Origin: Eledone cirrhosa
Taxonomy: Eukaryota
Direction of reading: 5' to 3'
Assembly: GCA_964016885.1 (NCBI GenBank)
Contig: OZ024740.1
Span: 340,318,001-340,382,000 of the forward strand
Length of the DNA: 64,000 nucleotides
Both the position numbers and the translations under genes were made by a program. A model generated the notes under the pieces. The model saw nothing but the letters and a program-made list of their open reading frames with translations. It searched no databases and was not told the DNA's origin. Below are positions 54,015-64,000 of the stretch, piece by piece. Position 1 is the stretch's first letter. Each line of letters begins with the position of its first letter.

Positions 54015-57000
54015 ATATATATATATAGCTTTTCATTTATATATATATTATATATATATATATATATAAGACAAAGATTGAAAGGGGATGTAAATTTATT
54101 TTATATATATATATATACAATCCTCCTTATCGAGCCATCTTCGGATTTTGGTCTTTGTATTTATTATTAAAATATATATATATATATAAGTGAAGGGCTG
54201 TATACAGAGATATAGAAAGAGAGAAAAAAAGAGTACATATAAATGACTATAAGTGTATTTAGTATATGAAGGTTGTTACAGAAGAGAGAGACTTACTGTT
54301 CGTAGGAGGCTTATCACAAGATATTGCAGCAAGATAGAAGTGAATTTACTAGTAACTGTTCTCTATATGCAGTAGTCACTAACTGACTAATTGCGAACAC
54401 AATATATGGGTTGAGATATAATAATTAACCAGTTAAACAGGTCACAGCTCACTGCCTCCACATTCATTCCCAACTGGTAGAAGATTACGGACTGTGGATG
54501 GTAGAGAATTGACTTCTACATTGCGAAAGATAAGCAGATGTAGGAGTCGGTGTATAATGCAAATAGTAACAATAATGATAGTAAAATAACAATGCTGTGT
54601 CGTAATAGAGAGTATAGAAGTCACCTATTCACAGCAGTCACTGAGAAAGCAATGTCAACAATTGAATACAGGAGATAAACAAGTTACAGTCCTGTCGAAT
54701 ACATCAGCTATGTATATATGTGCGTGTGTGTCGAGAGAGAGTAGAGATTTATAGGTAGGTTGTTGTACTTGTTTATAGAGAGATGGTGAGAGGTAATAAT
54801 AATAATGAAAATAATTGTTTCTACTTAATAATAATAAATATAGCAACAGTAGTAAGTGAATGGTGAAATATAACTTCGTGAAACTAGTCTGATAAAGAGA
54901 TTAAGTCATTTACGAAATAATCTGTAGCGAGTGGTTGGGTAACATCACCAGATATAACAGGAAGAGACCATGCACGATTATATACTAAACGAGACCCGTT
55001 CTTAACTAAATATTTACTCTAATCATAATGGATGATTCATATTTATCAGCTGAGTCTATTTTAGTTTCTTTATTCTGTCTTTACTGACAGGCTGTAGCTA
55101 TTGTTCTAGATAACCTACCCTTAATTCAGTAAAACCTGTTTTACACCAACCCGATAATTAACAAATAACAACCCTCTAAGAGAAAGGATCTGGGGGGGTT
55201 CCAGGTGACATATTTTGATAAAACAATTTTCAATCACAGACAATAAAGAATGTCGAGACAAAATTAAATAAGTGTTTCACCGATTTCATGGATGTGTGCA
55301 TTTGTTCAATCGATTATCAACATATTAAGGCTCTTCTTTATCTAAAAAAAAAAGCTCTTCTAAAAAAAAAAAAAGGCTCTTCTTTATCTAAAAAAAAAAG
55401 AATTGGTTTGGATGGGTTTTATCTAAATTCCAAGTTAATTCCTGGTAAAAAAAAAATTACAAAAACTGCCACGCTACAACAACAAACATCTGTTAATCAA
55501 TAAGTTTAGAGCTGAGACTATCGATCTGAAGTTAGGCTGTTCAAGAAAGCTTCAAACCGGCTTTTATTACTGTTTACTGGAACAGAATCAACAAGTCTGG
55601 GTATTAAGACTGCTAGGACAAATTACCTTTACTGAAAATAGGACACTAAATAATTAAACTGAAATAATCTATTGTATATTTTTTGCCTTCGTGGTAGATG
55701 ATTATTGACAAAGGCTTGCTGACAATTAACAGCAATTTGATCCCACCCTCTAAGTTTACTATTCCTAAAAAAAATAAGTTCGTTTTTCTTCATAAAAATG
55801 TCTTCATTCTCGAAAAGAATTTGGTGAGTCAAATATTACTACCCTTGATAAATATATATTTTATACAATAAGTTCATAAATTGACAATGTTTAAAACTAG
55901 TAGGAGTTTATTTTTCTGTTTTAGTTTTAATTTGATTTGGATTACATAAATATTTCTATTGATTAGTTTAGTGAGCTTTTGAAGTCTGCCAAGCCATTAT
56001 CTCTTTCAAAATATATCGAGAAATGAATGCAGAGAAGTTAGAACAAAAAAAAAGAACTAAAACGGAAACTGTTAAAAAGATTTTCAAAAGTTATATTATA
56101 GTAATAATAACCTTAAACCATTAGAATAGAGTTGCAAGTTGGGGAAAAATGCCTACCGATGACGTCTGAGGGCTCTGTAGTTTGTCGAGTTTTGACCATG
56201 TTTGAAGTGTACTCTAGCCTCTAGTAGATTCATCCCTTAACTGCTAGACATTATTCACTTCCCCACAGCTAGATAAAGGCTGTCCACCGCTACTACTGCT
56301 CACTTATGTCATGTACCTGACTAACAACACAGATTGTGGAAACACTTCGCTTTCGATGTATAACAGTGACGAGGTAGAATTTAACAATGGTCCTATTATT
56401 GATTTTAATTATCTCGCAATAGATAACATGTGCTGGCACTTTCTCTTCTTTTTTTTTGTTTTTCTTTCGTGGTTAATGAGTTAATAAAAAATAGAATTTG
56501 TAATTCTATGAACATTGAATTAATCTATCAAGCCTTAATTTAATTTCCTCGGTCGATTGTAAAGAAAAATATAAAATAAAATAGTATTTTTAGGAACATT
56601 AAAATAGAAGTGTGACAGCTTTAAGTAAAAAAAAAAAAATTGAGGACAAGAGTGAGGAAGGGAGATAACTGGACACAGTCGGCCATATTTCGACTATTAC
56701 CTCTGTCTAAAACGAACGAAGATTTCCTGTTATTCCAGATCAGATTTTCCAAAGCGGTGGGTTTTTTACGTACGGAAATCTAACGTACAAATATCATTAA
56801 CACCTATGCAGTTATTGCATAAACATTTTTTAAAACTATTAAAACCTCTTGTCCCGTTTGCTTCATTCTTAATGTGAGAGTTTTCCCCACATAGGAGTGT
56901 TTGCTGGGACAAGTAAGCGTCTATAGTTTTACAAATACGGGGTGAGGGTTGATGTTGGGGGCTATCTTTGACATCATGGTAAATACTTCTGAAAGATAGT

Positions 57001-57504
57001 TCTTTCTACATATGTATTTGTTGAGCAATTTCAATCTTGTCAGATTTTATCAGCTAATAATCTTATTTTTCAATTTCTCAGCAAAATAGTTTATTCTCCA
57101 GTACCACCTTCCTCAAAAATGCTATATTTTATTAATGAAAAAGTGGTAAAAGTGTTTCTGTTTATTGTTAGTGTATCGAACCAAGAACTATTTCGATAAG
57201 AACATTTTTTTTTTAAATTGAAGTGTATAAAGCTAAAAATAGATAATTATTTATCAGAAAATAATAAACAAGTAACAATAATTTGGATACCAGATCACAC
57301 AGATATTAAGGGGGAAAGGAAAGCAGATGAAATAACAAAAAAAAAAAAGTAGTACAAAAAGAAATAATAGATAGAGATTACATTTATTAGTTTGAAATTA
57401 CAAACACAAATGCCATATCTGTCAAAATTCAACACATACACATATATCTCTATGACTTAATTACATAAATATTCCACATGAAAATATAGAATCAAAACGT
57501 AAGA

Positions 57505-58500
57505 AAATATTAAGTCGATAATTCCCAGTATTTTAGAATTATATTCCGTTTGGCTACAGTAGCAGTGATGTTCACATTTACCGCAACATCCAGGATATCG
57601 GAAGGAGCAAAAGAGTCACTAACTGTGGCATCCCAAATAAGACATCTACCTCTTACCGAGGGACAAAGGGTAAGACCATCTGGTCTCTTCCCATCGACTC
57701 TGGTCAATCCAGCTAGCTCCGGAATTGAGGGGATATTTACCCAAGCCAGGACCCACTTAATAATTAAGTTTAGCTGGGTATGGCCAGTGAAACGACCAGC
57801 ATTTAAGCGGCAAAACATCATGGAGACCTGTGGAGTTAAGGGGCCTACCACATTTCAGTCCTCCACACACATCGACTCCAACTTTGAGGCAATGGAAATT
57901 GAGTAGGCCACTAATGTTGGCCAAGAGCAGGGCATCAACCCAGTCCTGTGAGAATTTTGCATTTGCAAAAAGTAGGCAATACCTTAAGAATTGATCTGAT
58001 TGGTCAAAGAGAGAGTTGAAAGTGTCTGTCAAATGCAGATGGTCCCAAACTCGCTGCTTCAGTTGATCCCCTCCGTATCAAGAAATGACAAACCTAGCTC
58101 CCTACTCTGTAGTAGAGCTTCATCCATCTCCCTGTAGGAACTAGTCCTTGTTGGTGAAGAGAGGATGTTACCTATCAAAGGGGAGCAACAATGGATAGAG
58201 GACAGAAAACAGGGAAGAGACAGAGACAAACATTTTCAACAGACCTAGGCTCCCAAATCGTGAGCTATCACAGAGTACACCCAACTGCAATGGAGTGAAG
58301 GTCGCCATTGGGCTCTTTGAAACCAAATAGTTTAACCCCAAAGAACAAGGGGCAAATATAGGGATAGACATTCTTAGACAAGAGCATGTTGACAAATTGA
58401 GTCTGACATCACTGGTCGATGGAGATACCATCCGTACGAGATTGGAGTCGTAAAACCATCAATCCCCACACTAGAACCTGCAGCAAAGGATGCAATTGCT
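57505..58500 (-). mobile_element. Decayed CRE-like non-LTR retrotransposon C-terminus (zinc knuckle + restriction-like endonuclease)
   Basis: C...KCG....TGLH / AGRFTGHTQLNLIIK...P.GLTRVDGKRPDGLTLCP..RGRCLIWDATVSDSFA, the typical PD-(D/E)xK RLE region, broken by frameshifts. Confidence 0.8.
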
Positions 58501-59689
58501 TTCCTGTTGTTATCCGAGGTGAAAGATAGTTGTAAATGACCTGGTAGGTCAGGTCAGTGTTAATAGTCATCCGGAGGGGCCAGAAGATGTTTCTCTCTCA
58601 ATCGTTCAAGAAAATTTGTATTACACTGGGAAAGGGAGGAAACAAACAGCCCCATTGATGTCAAATTTGCTGAATTTGGCATTGACAGCTTTCTTTAAGT
58701 TTGGCGATCTTTTGCAAGTTAAATCATTCTGCAAAAACATTATTTGTTCTGCTGCAAAAATTATCAATTTGATAGAATATTTTAAAACTGCTCTTAAAAT
58801 GACTACCAAGGTTGGAGGTACAATTTATTTTTAAAGATCCACCAACCATAAATAAGATCTTCCAATTATGGAAGCTACAATAAGATTTTAGCCTTTCGAT
58901 ATCAATCCATCAAAAACTCCCTTTGATTCTATGAAATTTTCTTTTTAAATTATAATCTTCCAGCATAATATTTTTTTTTAAAATGTTATTGTTACTAATG
59001 CTAACTTGATAATTGAAATAGTTTTAGTAAATTCTACCAAATTGTTCATTGATTAATTCATATATAATAAACTTTTATTTAAAATGAGGTAATGAATGGA
59101 TTAACAACAAAAACATTTAATTGTTTTTTAACTGTCCTTTTCCTCTCTTCTTTTTCATTTAAGTTTTTGACCCTTCTCATTTCTGTTTCTTAAGAGTTAT
59201 TACATACTTTCTCCATATCTCATGGCTTACCACCTTTACAAGGATTCTTAAATTTATTAAATATTTTAAATGTTTTTAGGGGAAAGAGACCCACATAAAC
59301 TTTGTAACTTCCCAACACTGGTCAGATTGATGCAGTTGATATTCAATTGATATATATATGAAAAACTGTGATAGGAATGGAATTCCAGAGGATTGACATT
59401 TCTAGGGAGGAATGATTACATATAGTGATTCATGTGGGACTTGGTAGGTGAGACAGAGAATGGATGTTATGAAGAAGAGAGATCATTACAGTAGAGAGGT
59501 GAGAGGCAGATTAAAGGAACAGCACCTCTGTGGGTTAGACATTGAAATGTGTATCTGCTGATCAATCTGATTGCATTGTTTTGGATGTAATCTAAGATGT
59601 TTGTGGGTATAGAAGCAGCACCATTTCATGTGTGGGTGAAGTATACCATTATAGATCTCACTTGAGCTTTATAGAGAGCCAGAACTTGT

Positions 59690-59915
59690 TTAACCCTATA
59701 GCATTTAAACTGGCCATATCCAGCCAGAACTCTTTCACTTCCTTCTGTTCAAACTGGTTGTAACCAGCCACTCATACTGACGTTAAGGTATTGTTTTCAA
59801 AATAGATATCAAAATCTCATAGATTCGATAATATGTGAGATAATTTTGGGAGATAAAGACTTTTCTGTGAAAATGCAATAGTAAATATAGAATAATGTGA
59901 ATGCTAAAGGGTTAT
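59690..59915. mobile_element. piggyBac-like MITE (family 1), inverted relative to 1138-1344
   Basis: TTAACCCTATAGCATTTAAA ... AATGCTAAAGGGTTA, with internal similarity to the reverse complement of 1138-1344. Confidence 0.8.
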
Positions 59916-62900
59916 GGCTAAAGTATTTTGTTTTTCTGAAGAGTATGGTTAGTCTTTAGAATATAGTTTTGTTGTTATGGTTATGAATTAGCCAGATGTC
60001 TTCAATTATTCTGAGAATTTAGAACAACTACACAAATATTTCCTTCGACAACATCGATAGAGAGGGGAGACTGGCACGCATGGCCGAATGCTGGTCTCCC
60101 ACAAAAACACATAGCCTGGGCTTATGCCTCAAAGGGGAACTTTCTAGGTATAAATTTTTACCATCATTTGGGTAATTCTAGTTATTGAGACACAGGAGCT
60201 TAGGATTGATTGTCTTTGGCAACTTTTACATGCTAATGAACTAGGTCTCATTTCAGAATCTATTGAAGACTAACAGAGAGTACAAGGGTAACTTTCTAGG
60301 GACCACATCTTACATATATACGTTTCCACATTTTATTGTGGCACCAGCTCTAGGGAGGGTGTCATGTCTTTGATACAACAAAAGAGTCCTCTCAACTCTT
60401 TATTTGGCATGTTTTTTTAAGGCTGGATACCCTTCCTATGATCAACAACTTTATGGAGTATACTGGGTGCGTTTTATTGGGTCATCACAACACAAGAAAG
60501 GTTGTCACTACCTTGACACAATTTTTTTGACATGGTTTATACAGCTGGAATCTCTTCCAATCACTATCCATCTTACAGAATGTACTGGGCACACTTTTTG
60601 TGACACCAGCATATATAAATATGTATATATATAAACCTGTGTGTTTGTGTGTGAATGTATATATGTATAAATGTGTGTGTGTATCCATGCACGTTTATAT
60701 TGACACTGTTTAAAACAAACAACAATATTTGTTTATGCCCTGCAGCTAACCATTTTAATGAAGACAAGCAATATATACTATACATAACAAATAATTGTAT
60801 GGGTTGGCATCAGAAAGAGCATCTAGCCATTAAAAACTACCACAAAATTTCTTGTCCAACCCATGTCAGCATGTAATATCAGATGTAAAAACAATGAGGA
60901 TGAGCTTTTAAAGGCCACTTCTTAGTTCTGGTTTTATGATGTTAAGATGAAAGATAGATGTCCTCCTGAATTAGAAACTGATCATTCACAGATAACATTT
61001 CCATAATATTTATTGACATAGGCATAATGCCAGAAATTTGAGGGGAGGAAACAATTAAATCAACCCAATAGTTGACTGGTATTTTATTTTATTAACCTCT
61101 AAGAATGAAAGAAAAAGTTGACTTTGCCAAGATTTGAACTCCAAATGTAAAGAGTCCTAATTAAATACCACAAGCTACTTTGTTCAATGTCCTTCTAATT
61201 CTACTAACACACCACCCTCTCAATCATATTAACAACAGGAAAAGTAACGTTTTCCTGTTTACCATTACCATTACTGAGATATTAAAATCAGGCCTGTTTA
61301 CTTAGTTCTGTTAGACTGTACTTCACTTAAACAATAACAACATCCGTTTCTACAAGGTTTCCAGTGTTACTGTTGACACAACAAATACATTCTGGTCTTT
61401 TGTTTGTTTAAACAATATATTATTTCTTATGATATATAACAATTATTTTTTAAATTATAATTATTACTCCAGAACAATTTAATATATAAAACCACATGTA
61501 TAATTATCGCATTTGTTGCAGTTTGAATACTTATGAAGTAAGGATGTAGTTTGTTTTATAAGTAGATTTTATGTCAATATGTCATGTTAAATATCTCTAG
61601 TTCTCTGCCATGGAATAAATGGTTAAATGTTTCATACTCAACTCATTTCTTGGTTCACAAATCATCAATTGTTTGATATATTCTATTTCTTTCTTATTTA
61701 TTTACTGTTTATTCAGAGAGAGAGGGAAGAGTAGTGTCTTTAACTCTTTTCAGGGTTTCTTAGATTGTGAACTCCATTAAAGATATACAAAGGGCTAAGC
61801 TTAAACCAGGCAACAGACTAAGTCCCCCACCCAAGTAGGCTACAGAACTAGAACAAATATCTCATTCAATACTCTAAACATTCTGACAGTTTGCTGACCT
61901 GGAACAATACTTTACTTTATTGTACCTGAAAGAATGAAAGGTCAAGTTGACCTTGGTGGGATTTGAACTTAGAGAAAAGAATGCCAGAACAAATGCTACA
62001 AATCATTTTGACTCTAATAACTCTGCCAATTCACGACCTTCATGTAGAAGAATAATTGTTGTACTTTGGTCATGATAAAATATCATAAACTGATGGTAGA
62101 TAAGTTTCTATGTAGTTGCTTGACCTAGTAGAAATAGCAACCAAATTTCCCTCAAATCATACTCTACAAAAGGTGGTAAAGAATTCAATGACATTACATA
62201 CAATGTCTGAAAACAAGATGGGTTGGTCATGGTTGGACAACTTTGGATTTTTTACAATTCTGCATACAATTAGATTTAATATTTGTCTGTTTATTAATTT
62301 TGTCAAAATTGTGTTATTAACTTTTTGTGAGCGTATTTCTAATGAAATACTATTTCAATTAATTAAAGAATTTTAAGAGATTTACTAAAATTATTAATTA
62401 TTTCATTACTAAGATAGTAACCTAACATATAGTTCTTGTAGCTTTGTTTCATAGAACCAGAACCAGTTTTAGCTGGGTTGGTATCAAAAGAGTTAATTAA
62501 TGTGTCACAAAAATAAATATTTTTAAAAAACATGTTACCAATGTGAAAAGTTGTGAAAACTCTGATCTAATGTATCCTTTTTATTTTTAAGATGATTGGG
62601 TGTGATTCGAGAAATTTAAATGCTACTTGTGACAGGTCAAACAACCAAATAGGAGTCCCTTTATTTGGCTTGTTAGTCTACATGATGTAGCTGATGCTAG
62701 AGTATATAGAATGAAACCTATTAAGTCTACCTCCCTAGTAGTCTACAGTAGAATGCAAAGAGCCAGAACAAATATTGCCACTAAAATTTTGATTGCTCCA
62801 TTACGAGCACTTTATTTTATTGACTTAAAAAGATAAAAAGCAAAGTTGAACTCTGGGTTTTGAACTCAATACTATATGTAAGGCATTATAAAGATCCTGC

Positions 62901-62916
62901 TATATATATATATATA

Positions 62917-64000
62917 GGCGACGGATGAAATCTGTGGCTGGAGCACACCATTAGGCAGGAGGAGAGTGACATGGTGGTGGAACAGTAAGGTGGAGGAGTC
63001 AATCAAGGGCAAAAAGCAGGCTTGGAAAGAATGGCAGGATAGGGGTAGTAGAGAACTCTATTGGGTGGCTAAGGAAGAAGCTAGGCAACAAGTATACTTT
63101 GCAAAAAGGCAAGCAATGGAGATGTCCTGGATAGAGGATACTATCTCCTTCAACTGCCCAGATGGTTCTATAGAAATAGTAGACACTTTCTGTTACCTGG
63201 ATAATAAAATCAGCAGTGGAGGAGGATGTTCTGAAAGTACAGTATCCAGAGTTAGAATGGGATGGAATAAGTTCGGAGAGCTAATATCGTCGTTGGCCAC
63301 AAAGGGTTTTTCTCTAAAAATAAAAGGCTGATTGTATGATGCTTGTATATGAACGGCAACATTACATGGTAGTGAGACCTGGGCGTTGTGTGCAGAACAC
63401 TTGGGTAGATTAGAAAGAAATGAAGCTTGCATGCTCTAATGGATATGTAATAGTAATGTATGCGAATGGCAAAGCATAAACAAATTGAGAGAGACTAAAC
63501 AAAAGAAGTATCAAATGTTGTGTGCAGGAGAGGAGATTGCATTGGTATGGACATGTGATGTGTATGAAGGACAACAGCTATATAGAAAAGTGCAGAGCGA
63601 TCAAAATTAATGGAAGCTACGGAGTAGGTAGACCAAGAAAAGCATGGAACGAAGTGATAAAAACTGACCATGCACACTTACAACTCTCTAAGACTATGTC
63701 ACTGGATCGAGATCTTTGGTGCTATGGTGTATACATACAAACTTAAACCTACTGTTAGTAGGCACCCCACTCCCTCCCATTTCCATCCACTGTAAAGTGG
63801 TCGTGTAGGTGACACGACAAAAAGCACCCAGTCCACACTGTAAAGTGGTCGTGTAAGAGACATGATAAAAAGGCTCCCAGTCCACACTGTAAATGTGGTT
63901 GGTGTTAGGAAGGGCATCTAGCCGTAGAAAACCTACCAGAAGTAGTTCTGTACGAGCGAGACACGGTCTCCCGATCAATCTCACCTCAAGTGTTAGCGTG
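62917..64000 (+). mobile_element. Older RTE subfamily B-like copy with an internal deletion of about 1.3 kb, running off the window end
   Basis: TWWWNSKVEESIK...QVYFAKR is joined almost directly to SFNCPDGSIEIVD. Stop codons are present and the copy starts at a (TA)n run. Confidence 0.9.

Noticed and set aside
56621-56686. Minus-strand MADCVQLSP as ATP9 exon 1
   Set aside because: The resemblance to a MAD..L.P start is superficial. The frame hits a stop after a poly-T run with no convincing splice donor.

Overview
Eukaryotic, AT-rich, repeat-dominated DNA. The repeat landscape (RTE LINEs with (GAT)n tails, tRNA-headed SINEs, very long (TA)n tracts) suggests a cephalopod such as Octopus; this is inference only. 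One host exon is well supported: a 174-bp minus-strand exon (3827-4000) resembling the N-terminal exon of the P4-ATPase ATP9A/ATP9B. A possible upstream exon lies at 22772-22929. The first 31 kb holds old SINEs, TTAA- and TA-flanked MITEs, decayed RTE/CR1 fragments and a 28-bp minisatellite. The centre (about 31.6-54.2 kb) is a 22-kb (TA)n field containing young retroelements: two RTE families with a C4HC3 PHD-type finger inside the RT domain, three copies of a chimeric SINE, and a Penelope-like element (RT + GIY-YIG) arranged as a 3.3-kb palindrome. Three short remnants in or beside TA tracts (one just upstream of the field) each carry a different hammerhead-ribozyme core, and the Penelope-like 3' region has a fourth, weaker core. 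A decayed CRE-like retroelement with a restriction-like endonuclease lies at about 57.5-58.5 kb. All calls were made by eye and boundaries of old repeats are approximate.
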